A stretch of DNA of 44,037 bases from a virus (taxonomy: Duplodnaviria; Caudoviricetes), in IMG/VR virus record IMGVR_UViG_3300044268_005809, positions 1 through 44,037 of that record; one strand, written 5' to 3'. The notes under the pieces were generated by a model that was not told where the DNA came from, ran no database searches, and worked only from the letters and a program-made list of their open reading frames with translations. The translations under genes and the position numbers were made by a program. Below, piece after piece: positions 35,801-44,037 of the stretch. Numbering within the stretch: position 1 is the first letter of the stretch; each line of letters begins with the position of its first letter.

Positions 35801-38082
35801 TAGATCCGCTCTCCATCTTAAAGGTGCTTGTTTGGGAAAGATCTCAAGTAGAGCAAGACAGCAGATTCCGAGACAGAAACGATAATTTTACAAGAGAGGG
35901 AATCGACCTTCAATTAAAATATGATAAGTGGATTGCTTCATGGAACGATGCCTATGTTAACTTTAGAAACCTTGAAAAGGGCAGAGGGGAAATAAGAAGC
36001 AAATTATCAGAAAAAATTAACAAACTGCCACCTGCTCGCCGACCAATGGAAGAACCACTAACCTGCAACTTTACAAATGGAGGATTCTTATTAGAGCCAT
36101 ATGTCAGATCAGTTAGATATAATCAGGCTGATGCAGATACTTTAGGATTATCTGAAGCTGGAAAACAAAGCTTGACAAATAATATTGATATAGTCAATCG
36201 AGCAGCAAATGGAGATGTCTATCTTGAGGGTATTTCAAACATTGATAAATTTCAAGATTTTCTCTATACAATAACCGGCGTTGATAAATTAGAAAAAGAA
36301 GTCAGGATAGATCCAGATCTTGTTAACAATGCTTGCGGTCGAGGACTTCCTAACTCACCAAACTCAATAAAAACTTTCACAAATGAAAGTGTTACTTTGG
36401 GTGACTATTTTAAGGAAGTTAATTTAGGTCTTCGTTTGTCATACGTCTTCCCTGTTGATAGTCAAAAAATAGATGTACAAGGGGTACAAGATAATGGAGC
36501 TTTACCATCAAGTATATTTACTGATTTTCTTAATAGTAATTTTTCAATTGCTGGGAGTCCAACAATTTCTCAAAAATCAAAAGCATATTTTGTGAGAGAA
36601 ACATCTGGCTCTGCTACAAGAACAGTAAATATTGTTCCAGTTACATCTGTTGAAACACCATTTGATTTAGATATTAGTATCACAGATGCTATTTCTTTAT
36701 ACAGTGATGTTTCTGCTCCAAAATTAGATAGTAACGGATTTTTAATTCCAGAATCACCAGAAAGGGTGAGTTTCATGAGGGCAGTTTATAAGGGAAATTC
36801 TGGCTTAAGAAACCTTACAAAACAAATGATTCAGACGGATGATTATGCTTTAATGTTTAAATACATGTTCCCTATTGACAAAATGTTAAGTATCAACAAC
36901 ATTTATTCAAATACATATATGTCAAGTCTCAAAAATATCGATACAATATTTGATGCTACAAAAGAGCAATTAAGACAATTGTTGTTTGCATTATTAGATG
37001 CTCAAGATTATAGATCTTCTGCTTGTGCATTATCCAATAGAGATTTTGATGACAGTTTTAGAAACGGATTTGATATCAAGGGCTTGGTGGGTCAACTTGC
37101 AGCAATACTTATTCGCTCTCCTCTTCTTATATTTAAAGGATTTATAGAAGTGGCAGATCTTAATGTCCTTGTTTCAAGAAGAATTGTTGATCTTATTCAT
37201 GTAACCAATAAACAAATTGCAATGGCACAAATGTTAATAAATCAAGCCGCTCAAGCAGCTTCTGATACAGCTTATGCAGTATCTGATAATATTTCTGCGC
37301 TTGGAGATGTGGCAAGTGAGCTGGGTATTATACCAGGTGGATGCGATGATCTTTTAGCACCAGGTTCTTGTAGACAATCCGCAAGCCCAACGATACCGAG
37401 ACCAGATGCTTCTTTGTTTGACCAAATAGATGATAGTTTAATTCCTGAACCGCAAGTTTGGGAGATTGGTTTGCCATTGTTTATATTGTCCCTGTTCGGT
37501 GTTGGTATTCCAATCACCCCATTTGCACCAGCATATTGGGTATTGGATAATAAACCAAATCCAAATTGGTTAAATTCTATTCCTCCGGCTGATTGGTTAG
37601 ATAAATTCTTGAGAGAAGGACCACCAGAATCTCCAACCCCATATCAGCCAGGAGATGCTGAATGTAGAGCAGACCTTGGTTTGCCTTCTCCAGGTAATAA
37701 CAAAGAAAGGCTAAACCAATATTATGCTTCCCTAAACAGTATCACAGACTCTGGAATAATAACAGAAATCACCGGAACTGACCTGGCACGTCTTGGAAGA
37801 TATGTCCCATGGGGCAGAAGATATACAGAAGTGGTGACGAGAGCAGATGAAGAAATCAGAGAAGTCTTAAGCAGTGCTACAACAGATCCAAATGCTCCCC
37901 CTCCCGGTTCAACAGGAGGTTTAGCGGCAGGATTCGACAGCCTGAATATAAGAAATGTTCCTACAGGATCTTCTGGTGGCTCTGGCGGAAGCTCTGGTGG
38001 AACTTCATCAGGAGGCGGATTGTCTGGAATATCTGGCAGAGGCGGAAGTGGAGGTTCAGGTACTCCTCCATTCGGCTCATAA
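29896..38082 (+). CDS. 2728-aa giant putative tail/baseplate protein
   Basis: Uninterrupted 8.2-kb ORF within the baseplate module. Hydrophobic helices near both ends and a Gly/Ser tail. Function not recognisable. Confidence 0.7.
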   Translation: MASEIDPKKAPSLITKDWTTNDNKSEPFYLQSEAKTVNAEELQLKDRYAVTVVTKYKSAGKTRKDLSTRMSEQKQVALDRILKYYDKFAENKESIDVIAEEWDINERPNSRLKVLLSVPTDQIDPLPSSAEGTAGLQKAAFNKEINERQLKPKINNLKNLLNFYDAETRKLYGRIPRVNFAAQAQKLDKIYPALKVLAEENDVTSMTNLDFILGMDSAYKMQYVISKEGKCLKPFDKGFSTFRSSAGFADPRTNYFLYNIDELNKVWVSKSKLGIQEFVESYVLNPPKVDFSSLKMFSPPKSEALADAQNKANETTSKTGAEKAEVAVSLFQTREEAAEILESASDFVGDQIIGNLRGLANVTRDLDDLYDQVLNKVPIKGIIESALECLGFRGQDFLGPAQQFLDEAANLASEIKLGVFDIPTIYLRDDFPVVDYLKQWGLAISRAVVSALVSVLFDLVIELIKMLLDFCKECALEGQGKARFDNFNFGGLSANAVLGTGLESFLSTTIGNIQNASIALPGGVRTSISEEQQKLAAQTERFAQNRILTPGQIDPNQSPAEQQNMIRKAEETKQQMTDFLAASSAVLTPGEMGNMMLGCGVNRDAVNTIRNLAGNYPAIQSQYQTDDDILELFEDLGKIAGYSNVLEEVTKVTDNLPEEYKCLCDPDDTTLRQQLLQNKDMSPELIKEQIDSSRQRAKKRLEDLNNLLQKDNVLDDSLPPFECSIDENGNIVPGIVPNRNPYIDFVLDTKLNALYDPVASQFNKDVSNYVPATAQSTTVDEVVPRTIERTINGKKKILFNPDFLDLVGNGTVAFGALPPGAVNADGNRMNNLTYQGGTTLKDSFTSVHWLGDDVGISQEYGVSIDANDDDDVDKRSIGMTQPYPESERLYELANTNNRFYQNADRTAIGGRNDPGGFYTKTFGFSPVPILRKKKGPEAFAPGFQEVYRTFCFGDRPGQPARKIQISQEQNFQNFKFEVPNNVFSNLGVDISVLAGSVASEYSSPTGDSSQAGLGSESSIYDLLKKVDEMGLNLNYVVPYKWTEGKEEYIFTITVDNPTNIEETAGGIPPVLLTAQAESFDINEKAVKSYEERSLLPLDTSADIQSADNRTPQDRMFANLIEDSLRNGPTIFSALEKVTNKEDYLSGLPFNLGFTTPGATVGVLGTEEVIKNELYTKHAYNEIWKDIFCSFTNQIGSESNPYFNLESLQDLDLAPAKLADQECPPHLLDIDALKNRIREEYQAIECLEASFPNVSGIGSSSNSPFQKSNLGGVILLLLRTYITEMFLKCLHIFYWFKYKKPEDVDNLMVLYVSRFITYKIEQEGFITEFEKEIIDLYERNVSLFEVQEIKEKYGDYSPQEYDIALKFLVRQQIWAVSNRMSRVVDSSGDTSVDAILLENWIRFADIQKEAGEARLDKPCKSLSEDLEYLDPNMLNAVINGELSSRKIKEAGLQAYISPLGYLFRKYFNVQPTGPTNGQVSANGDSNSYDSAAYKKNTWSLSPDIASYANSLKLQNSELSYTIGNETLGASRTGTSYPTYGSISRENWLLISSGLMDFNSSEPNPLNYDFLLDNFDILDTVLTYQYGISSEEKEAMKTSIQLMAVAANPAVFTEGDVGDIGSHRTLNGELFYPGYYLNKSFQPNSLNVPPPIQFPDASTRDLSLRRSAVIENAFGFLLGNSKFDYGYRAYSQGSNYQSNFEFATNGQATSLVFNGSAFFYDSSRYQVVNDVYAPHINQAGTPRGDENIRILTTPGAVRTVMLDNETCDRIQDWQNGNDDWGYAGDDYNNTAPAFNRTEPVFRISNDQRYIQIGQSYFSNGNGTRFLPVLVENFAPRYVYDFFGNEFKFIWRYYTESDRDYASSTRALGFRISGDPWVYRGPERVFQPHIKYNQLDLAGSTNNNSNYSSNSNLLVKEESTAIFAMPSSNNTVLNPDGTRGGLHARLFYQGVGYVDLGVPQIGQSPYLSLMDLDPLSILKVLVWERSQVEQDSRFRDRNDNFTREGIDLQLKYDKWIASWNDAYVNFRNLEKGRGEIRSKLSEKINKLPPARRPMEEPLTCNFTNGGFLLEPYVRSVRYNQADADTLGLSEAGKQSLTNNIDIVNRAANGDVYLEGISNIDKFQDFLYTITGVDKLEKEVRIDPDLVNNACGRGLPNSPNSIKTFTNESVTLGDYFKEVNLGLRLSYVFPVDSQKIDVQGVQDNGALPSSIFTDFLNSNFSIAGSPTISQKSKAYFVRETSGSATRTVNIVPVTSVETPFDLDISITDAISLYSDVSAPKLDSNGFLIPESPERVSFMRAVYKGNSGLRNLTKQMIQTDDYALMFKYMFPIDKMLSINNIYSNTYMSSLKNIDTIFDATKEQLRQLLFALLDAQDYRSSACALSNRDFDDSFRNGFDIKGLVGQLAAILIRSPLLIFKGFIEVADLNVLVSRRIVDLIHVTNKQIAMAQMLINQAAQAASDTAYAVSDNISALGDVASELGIIPGGCDDLLAPGSCRQSASPTIPRPDASLFDQIDDSLIPEPQVWEIGLPLFILSLFGVGIPITPFAPAYWVLDNKPNPNWLNSIPPADWLDKFLREGPPESPTPYQPGDAECRADLGLPSPGNNKERLNQYYASLNSITDSGIITEITGTDLARLGRYVPWGRRYTEVVTRADEEIREVLSSATTDPNAPPPGSTGGLAAGFDSLNIRNVPTGSSGGSGGSSGGTSSGGGLSGISGRGGSGGSGTPPFGS
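37963..38064 (+). repeat. Gly/Ser low-complexity coding repeat
   Basis: Encodes TGSSGGSGGSSGGTSSGGGLSGISGRGGSGGSGT. Confidence 0.8.
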
Positions 38083-38127
38083 GCTAAAAATTTTATTTCA
38101 TGATAATTATTTCGTTGGAGATGTATC

Positions 38128-38520
38128 ATGGCAAGCGGATTAACACCAAAACTTCCTCTCACTCGCGGATTTTCTAACGATTATTTGTTAATTGATTCGT
38201 ATAGGGAATTAGTAAAACAGAATGTAAAAAATTTATTATTGACAAATCCAGGTGAAAGAATAATGGATTTAAATTTTGGGGTTGGTTTAAGTGGGTTTCT
38301 GTTTGAAAACGACACACCGACCCTTTACTCTGAAATAAGTTCAAGAATAAGTTCTCAAGTATCTCTTTACCTTCCTTATATTCAGATTATAGATATTGTG
38401 TTTCTTTCAAACAACAACGATCCATCATTGCCAACAAATTTTTTGAAAGTTAATTTTTCTTACAATATCAAACCTTTGGAAGTGACGGACGAAATTGAAT
38501 TAACATTACCTAATAACTAA
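38128..38520 (+). CDS. baseplate wedge subunit, gp25/GPW family
   Basis: VKQNVKNLLLTNPGERIMDLNFGVGL..FLFE...YLPYIQI. Confidence 0.9.
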   Translation: MASGLTPKLPLTRGFSNDYLLIDSYRELVKQNVKNLLLTNPGERIMDLNFGVGLSGFLFENDTPTLYSEISSRISSQVSLYLPYIQIIDIVFLSNNNDPSLPTNFLKVNFSYNIKPLEVTDEIELTLPNN

Positions 38521-38541
38521 TTATTTTTGGAGATTAACGAG

Positions 38542-40344
38542 TTGCCGAACAATAAAAAATACCCACCGATAAAATACACCTCAAGAGACTTTAATTCTAT
38601 TAGGCAAGATCTAATAGATTATGCAAAAAGATACTATTCAGACACATTTAAAGATTACAGTGAAGCTGGTTTTGGCTCCTTAATGATTGACAGTGTTGCA
38701 TACGTTGGCGATATATTATCGTTTTATCTTGATTATAGTGTAAATGAAAACTTTTTAGATACGGCAATAGAGTATAACAACGTTATTAAACTTGGTAGAC
38801 AGTTGGGCTATAAATTTCAAGGTAGCCCATCATCTTTTGGAGAAGTGGATTTATACATTATTGTTCCAGCCGCCCCTGTTGGTTCTGGACCAGATGAAGA
38901 TTATATGCCAGTTTTGAAAAAGGGCACTACATTTTCATCGCTAAATGGAAATGGGTTTTCATTAATTGAAGATGTTAATTTTGCAAATCCAGATAATGAA
39001 ATAGTTGTTGCTGAAGTTAACAACACAACGGGTATTCCAACTTCATACGCTATTAAAACTGCGGGACAAGTTATTTCAGGGATTGTTGAAGTGGAAGAAA
39101 TAACAGTTGGAGATTACCAAAAGTTTTTAAGATTAGAGCTTGCTTCTCCAAATATCAGCGAAATAGTTTCAGTTGTTGACTCTGAAGGCAATCCATATTA
39201 TGAAGTAGATTACTTGTCACAAGATGTGGTCTATAGAGCTGTTACGAACAGGGGAACAGATAAGAACGTAACACAAGCAAACTTAAGACCATTTTCAGTT
39301 CCACGTAGGTTTGTCACAGAGAGAGATCGTAATTCTACATTTCTTCAATTTGGTTTTGGAACAGAAATTACCGATGTGGATGTTGAGCCACTAATTGAAC
39401 CAACGAATGCAGTTTTGAGAAGACACGGTAGAGACTATTACAGTGATAGTAATTTTGACCCATATAACCTATTAAAAACTGATAAACTTGGGGTTACACC
39501 ATCCAACACAATCTTAACTGTCACTTACAGGACGAATGAAGCATCAAATGTTAACTCTGCGGCAAATTCAATTACCAGTGTTGGCTCTCCTTTATTTGAA
39601 TTTGTTAATCGTTCATCGCTCAATGGTGGTCAAGTATCAACTGTGATTAATTCATTAGAGGTAAACAACTCTGAACCGATTGTTGGTGATGTTTCCTTTC
39701 CAAGCATTGATGAACTTAAAAACAGAATATACAGCTCTTTTACTTCTCAAAATAGAGCAGTAACCGAAGAAGATTATAGAATTCTGTGTTACTCAATGCC
39801 AAGTCAGTTTGGTGCCGTTAAAAGAGTATCGATAAACAGAGATCCAGACTCCTTTAAGAGAAACTTGAATCTTTATACTATTTCCGAAGATAACTTTGGT
39901 AGACTAATAGTTTCTAATAATACTATAAAAGAAAACTTAAAAAATTGGTTAAATACGAGTAGAATGATAAACGACACTATTGATATTTTGGATGCAAAAA
40001 TTGTCAATTTATCGGTAGAATTTACAGCTATAGCGGAGATAGAAGCAAACAAGTATGATGTTTTGACTGAAGCAATTGAAGAGCTTTCAAATCTTTACAA
40101 TACAAAATTTGATATCGGTCAACCTTTTTCAATAACAGAAGTGTTTAGTAGGTTGAACAAGATAGATGGAATTGCAGATGTATCAAGAGTAAACGTAAAG
40201 AACTTGACTGGATTAAATTATTCTTCCCAAGTATTTGATATTAGCGATAATTTATCAGATGATGGAAGGCACATAAAGGCACCAGATAATGTCATATTTG
40301 AAATTAAATTTCCAGATGTTGATGTAAAAGGAACTATTAGATAA
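38542..40344 (+). CDS. baseplate wedge protein, T4 gp6/baseplate J-like
   Basis: YTSRDFNSIRQDL..Y, AYVGDILSFYLD, LGYK, LQFGFG, QNRAVTEEDY. GGAG RBS supports TTG 38542 (alternative 38527). Confidence 0.88.
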   Translation: MPNNKKYPPIKYTSRDFNSIRQDLIDYAKRYYSDTFKDYSEAGFGSLMIDSVAYVGDILSFYLDYSVNENFLDTAIEYNNVIKLGRQLGYKFQGSPSSFGEVDLYIIVPAAPVGSGPDEDYMPVLKKGTTFSSLNGNGFSLIEDVNFANPDNEIVVAEVNNTTGIPTSYAIKTAGQVISGIVEVEEITVGDYQKFLRLELASPNISEIVSVVDSEGNPYYEVDYLSQDVVYRAVTNRGTDKNVTQANLRPFSVPRRFVTERDRNSTFLQFGFGTEITDVDVEPLIEPTNAVLRRHGRDYYSDSNFDPYNLLKTDKLGVTPSNTILTVTYRTNEASNVNSAANSITSVGSPLFEFVNRSSLNGGQVSTVINSLEVNNSEPIVGDVSFPSIDELKNRIYSSFTSQNRAVTEEDYRILCYSMPSQFGAVKRVSINRDPDSFKRNLNLYTISEDNFGRLIVSNNTIKENLKNWLNTSRMINDTIDILDAKIVNLSVEFTAIAEIEANKYDVLTEAIEELSNLYNTKFDIGQPFSITEVFSRLNKIDGIADVSRVNVKNLTGLNYSSQVFDISDNLSDDGRHIKAPDNVIFEIKFPDVDVKGTIR

Positions 40345-41807
40345 TGTCAGTAAAAAGATACTTTGCACAAAAAGACAACACCATCACAAATGCTTTTGAA
40401 GCAGATTTAGTAACCAGGGGAACTGGAAGCAATATGGGCTTGGCAGACAGCCTTGAAGTTTTTTCTATATATGCACAGGCGAATAGTTCTTCATTAGAAG
40501 CCTCAAGGCTCTTGGTTGAGTTTCCAATTACATCGTCAATACTCCCAAACGTTACAACGATTTTGCAAGATAGAAATAATGGAAAAATCCCTGCAAGCGG
40601 TAGTGTAAATTTTTACTTGAGAATGTTTAATGTTGCTCACGATCAAACAGTCCCAAGAAATTTTACTTTGGTTGTCTCTCCAGTTTCACAATCCTGGGAG
40701 GAAGGTAATGGTTTGGATATGGAAAACTATTCTGACCTTACATATGATGGAACAGGTTCAAATTGGATAAACGCAAGAGCCAATACCCCATGGACGAACC
40801 AAGGTGGCGACTTTTTAACTGCATCATCTTATTCCTCTTACAATTATACACAAAATTTTAATACTGGTGTGGAAGATTTAGAGGTCGATATTACCGGATT
40901 AGTTGAGCAGTGGATTAAAGGAACAGCTGGTGGAGGATATGGAAATTATGGCGTTGGTGTTTTTCTGACAGGAAGTCAAGAAAGCGGAAATCAATCATAT
41001 TTTACTAAAAAGTTTTCTGCTCGTGATAGTGAATATTTCTTTTCAAGACCAATTATCGAAGCTCGCTGGGATAGTAGTAGAAAGGATAATAGAGGAAACT
41101 TTGTTGTATCAAGCTCTGCTCTAACTGCGGCAAACAATTTAAATGTTCTTTACATATACAATTACCACAGAGGTCAACTTACAAACATTGCTAACGTTGA
41201 TAATGGCTCTATATTTGTAACTTTACACACTTCCGCTTCTGGAGGAGAACAATTAACAGCGACTCCAAATAATCCTGTGACTGGAGGCTGGGTGTCAACT
41301 GGTATTTATTCTGCTTCGTTCGCCCTTAACACAACTGCGAGTACGGTTTATGATCGTTGGTTTAGTGGATCAACATATTACAATACAGGTTCTTTCTCCA
41401 CTGCAACACATGATCCTTATGATTATAATGATATTGAACAATATGTCACAACTATCACTAACTTAAAAGAATCTTATAGTACATCCGACACAGCCAGATT
41501 TCGGCTATTTACCAGATTAAAAGATTGGAGTCCAACTATTTACACAGTAGCGTCAACGGAAATACAAAATTATTTTGTAGATGATGCATTTTATAAGGTC
41601 GTAAGAGTTATTGATGACAAGGATGTTATAAATTATGGAACAGGAAGTACAAACCATACAAAACTATCTTATGATGCAAGTGGAAGTTATTTTGATTTAG
41701 ATATGAGCTTATTGGAGCCAGGTTATTTGTACAGCATTAAGTTTGCTTATTACCTGCAAGGAGCCTATGAAGAACAAAAAGAAGCTTTTAACTTTAGAGT
41801 AGAATAA
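40344..41807 (+). CDS. Ser/Thr-rich virion structural protein (DNRLRE-like beta-sandwich)
   Basis: KDNTI, SRLLVEF, SWEEGNG, W.NQGGDF, DITGLVEQW, RPIIEARWD. Follows the wedge gene. Confidence 0.65.
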   Translation: MSVKRYFAQKDNTITNAFEADLVTRGTGSNMGLADSLEVFSIYAQANSSSLEASRLLVEFPITSSILPNVTTILQDRNNGKIPASGSVNFYLRMFNVAHDQTVPRNFTLVVSPVSQSWEEGNGLDMENYSDLTYDGTGSNWINARANTPWTNQGGDFLTASSYSSYNYTQNFNTGVEDLEVDITGLVEQWIKGTAGGGYGNYGVGVFLTGSQESGNQSYFTKKFSARDSEYFFSRPIIEARWDSSRKDNRGNFVVSSSALTAANNLNVLYIYNYHRGQLTNIANVDNGSIFVTLHTSASGGEQLTATPNNPVTGGWVSTGIYSASFALNTTASTVYDRWFSGSTYYNTGSFSTATHDPYDYNDIEQYVTTITNLKESYSTSDTARFRLFTRLKDWSPTIYTVASTEIQNYFVDDAFYKVVRVIDDKDVINYGTGSTNHTKLSYDASGSYFDLDMSLLEPGYLYSIKFAYYLQGAYEEQKEAFNFRVE

Positions 41808-41818
41808 GTGGAATAGAA

Positions 41819-44037
41819 ATGGCTGATATTAAAGATCTTTTTAATAATTCTAAATCAAACAAAATCCTAACCAATACCAGCATTTCTGGAATTGGCGATA
41901 CAATTGAATCTGCGGATTTTGTTAAATCAAGAGTAAAACAAGCCAAAAAATTTATTCCATCAATTGATTTTACGACAGCTTCAAATTTTGCATTTTATGG
42001 TTCAGCAGAAAAATATTACACTGATTCAATAAACTATATAACAAACGAATATCCTTATGATGGTTCCGAAAGAGAAAAGATTGATTGGGAATTAAGCGGA
42101 ACATACCTGGATAAATATTTTTTTGATAATCTTTATCCGAAAACAAATGGTTATGTTAATATTGGTCAAGAATATGGAACAGTAGTTGCCCCTGCTTCTG
42201 GTAACTTCTCTGGTTCTTCAAAAGATGAATACATTAAATTCTATGCAGGACCAAATCAAGCAGATGGATACGATTTTTCAAAATCAATTTCTCAATATTT
42301 TAGTGGATCAAATGTTTATGCAACTGGTTCACGACAAGAAAGCAATATCGATATTGATGGAACAAAAGGTTTTAGTGTTGAATTTTGGCTCAAAAAAGAT
42401 GGTTGGAGCGAGACTGATGAATCTACAGCACAAGTCATTTTTGACATATCTAAAACAGAAGCATCACCAGTTGGTCGCTTAACTACCTACATTGATAGGA
42501 CTTCGCCAAACGTTATTAAAATAGAGATAGCTTCAGGAAGTGTTTCAGAAGCCGTGTCAGTTGGCTCTAACTTGCCTATAACAGGAAATACCTGGAATCA
42601 CTACGCAGTAACTTTTAAAAATTCAGGAGCTGACTTACTCACTAAAACTTATTTAAATGGTGAATTAAACTCAACTACGACAGTTGCCAGTGCTGCAATC
42701 AACAGAATAACTGGATCCATTTTTGGATATATTGGGGCATTGACTGGAGAAACAGAGGTCTCTGGAATAGGTCAAGATGGCTATGGTAAGTTGTCGGGTT
42801 CACTTGATGATTTTCGTATTTGGAAAACCGAGAGAAGTGAAAAGCAAATTAAACAAAATTGGTTCACTTCTGTAAATGGTGGAGCAAATACTGATTATGA
42901 ATTAGCTGTATCTTCATCAAAAAAATATGATCTTTCAAAAAATGTTGATCTGGGCATTTACTATAAGTTCAACGAGGGTATTTTAAACTCTTCTTCGATT
43001 AATTCTCAAGATGCAGTCGTGTTGGATTACGCTGGTAGATCATCCAATGGTGCTTGGACTGGTTACTCTGCCACTTCAAGAGAGACAGGTTCAGCGATGG
43101 TGCTTTCCAATGCAGCAAGCTTTGAGCCAAAAGATCCAATAATTTACTCAACACATCCAAGTGTTGTGGCACTAAAAACAAAATATGAAGATGCAGGTAA
43201 ATTACATGATGCCCAAAATAATTCAGCATTGTATTGGTCTCTCCCAAGTTGGATAACTTCAGAGGAGCAGGGTAATGCAACATCGCCACTTCGTAATTTA
43301 ACACAAATTCTTGGCAGTTATTTTGATAATTTGCAAATGCAAATTTCAAATATGTCAGAGATTAAAGAAAGAACTTATAAAAATTTACAAAGCGGCTCTA
43401 ATGTTTCTCCATATATGTCTGAAGTTTTAAGATCGTTCGGAATGAGAAATGACGAGATCTTATCAAATGCAACAAACCTTGAATACCTTGCATCAAGAAA
43501 CGAAAGAGAGCTTTTTGAGAAAAAGATAAACGAAACAAAAAACTTAATATATTCAAACATATACAATAATCTTTCTTACATTTACAAATCTAAAGGAACA
43601 GAGAAGTCCTTTAGAAATCTTATAAGGTGCTTTGGTATTGATGATGAAATAGTCAATGTTAATCTTTACGGAAACAATTCAGAATACCTTTTAAGAGAGA
43701 ACGAGACATATACGGTTGTTAGAAAAAACACAGTTGACTTTTTTGACCCTGATAGATTTGATTCTGTGGTTTATTTATCTGCATCATCATCTGATACAGA
43801 CGCCCAAGGGTATATAAAATTTGATAACTTGCCAGCTAATGTGGGTAGTACATTTGAGTGTGAATCTCACTTTAAACCAAATCCTCCAAAGAACCTAACA
43901 ACATCTTTTGAAGTCGGCTTTTTGTCTTCATCTATATTTGGATCGCATACGCATTCTGGATCTGGTGGTTGGGCAAGTCCAGATTATGGAAACTTTCAAG
44001 TTTATTCTGTAAGAAAAAGTTTAGATAGAGATGAGAC
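41819..44037 (+). CDS. large virion protein with LamG domain, 3' truncated by window edge (absent from the supplied ORF track)
   Basis: ATG 41819 MADIKDLFNN..., with no in-frame stop seen to the window end. LamG motifs FSVEFWLKK, WNHYAVTF, YLNGE, LSGSLDDFRIW. Later IYKSKGTEKSFRNLIRCFG resembles baseplate/tail proteins. Confidence 0.85.
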   Translation, partial: MADIKDLFNNSKSNKILTNTSISGIGDTIESADFVKSRVKQAKKFIPSIDFTTASNFAFYGSAEKYYTDSINYITNEYPYDGSEREKIDWELSGTYLDKYFFDNLYPKTNGYVNIGQEYGTVVAPASGNFSGSSKDEYIKFYAGPNQADGYDFSKSISQYFSGSNVYATGSRQESNIDIDGTKGFSVEFWLKKDGWSETDESTAQVIFDISKTEASPVGRLTTYIDRTSPNVIKIEIASGSVSEAVSVGSNLPITGNTWNHYAVTFKNSGADLLTKTYLNGELNSTTTVASAAINRITGSIFGYIGALTGETEVSGIGQDGYGKLSGSLDDFRIWKTERSEKQIKQNWFTSVNGGANTDYELAVSSSKKYDLSKNVDLGIYYKFNEGILNSSSINSQDAVVLDYAGRSSNGAWTGYSATSRETGSAMVLSNAASFEPKDPIIYSTHPSVVALKTKYEDAGKLHDAQNNSALYWSLPSWITSEEQGNATSPLRNLTQILGSYFDNLQMQISNMSEIKERTYKNLQSGSNVSPYMSEVLRSFGMRNDEILSNATNLEYLASRNERELFEKKINETKNLIYSNIYNNLSYIYKSKGTEKSFRNLIRCFGIDDEIVNVNLYGNNSEYLLRENETYTVVRKNTVDFFDPDRFDSVVYLSASSSDTDAQGYIKFDNLPANVGSTFECESHFKPNPPKNLTTSFEVGFLSSSIFGSHTHSGSGGWASPDYGNFQVYSVRKSLDRDE

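Noticed and set aside
37722-38162. Pro-rich minus-strand ORF
   Set aside because: Antisense shadow of the Gly/Ser tail of the giant protein.
42186-43566. Short ORFs listed in the track near the right end
   Set aside because: They lie within the long open frame starting at 41819, which has clear LamG motifs.
1-44037. Stop-codon reassignment (as in some large phages)
   Set aside because: Standard code gives near-complete coding density with intact conserved proteins, and TAA, TAG and TGA all terminate genes at expected ends.

Overview
AT-rich, gene-dense, almost entirely + strand segment of a large tailed (myovirus-like, T4-superfamily/jumbo-type) bacteriophage genome, read in the standard genetic code. 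Left to right: (1) end of a LamG-domain virion gene, then small genes including two HExxH zincins and acidic proteins rich in [ILV]-x-E sites (1-4.4 kb). (2) A unit driven by a host-type sigma70 promoter: a ~107-nt structured RNA, TIGR01777 oxidoreductase, DUF393 CxxC protein, iscU and an unusually short (238-nt) tmRNA (4.4-6.4 kb). (3) J-domain protein, trypsin-like protease, PIN-PhoH, a third zincin and a Cas4/AddB-like nuclease (6.7-11.4 kb). (4) A ~14.5-kb, 16-gene glycosylation/nucleotide-sugar island (11.4-25.9 kb). (5) FmdB zinc ribbon and a gp55-like late sigma factor (26-27.8 kb). (6) Tail/baseplate module: M15 peptidase, spike-like protein, 2728-aa giant protein, gp25, gp6-like wedge and Ser/Thr-rich LamG proteins running off the right edge. 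The best candidates for undescribed biology are the promoter-anchored pseudoknotted RNA, the minimal tmRNA, and a possible virion glycosylation system (a CMP-ulosonic-acid-type pathway plus virion proteins studded with [ST]-[GAS]-S motifs). All family calls come from motif recognition by eye, not database searches.
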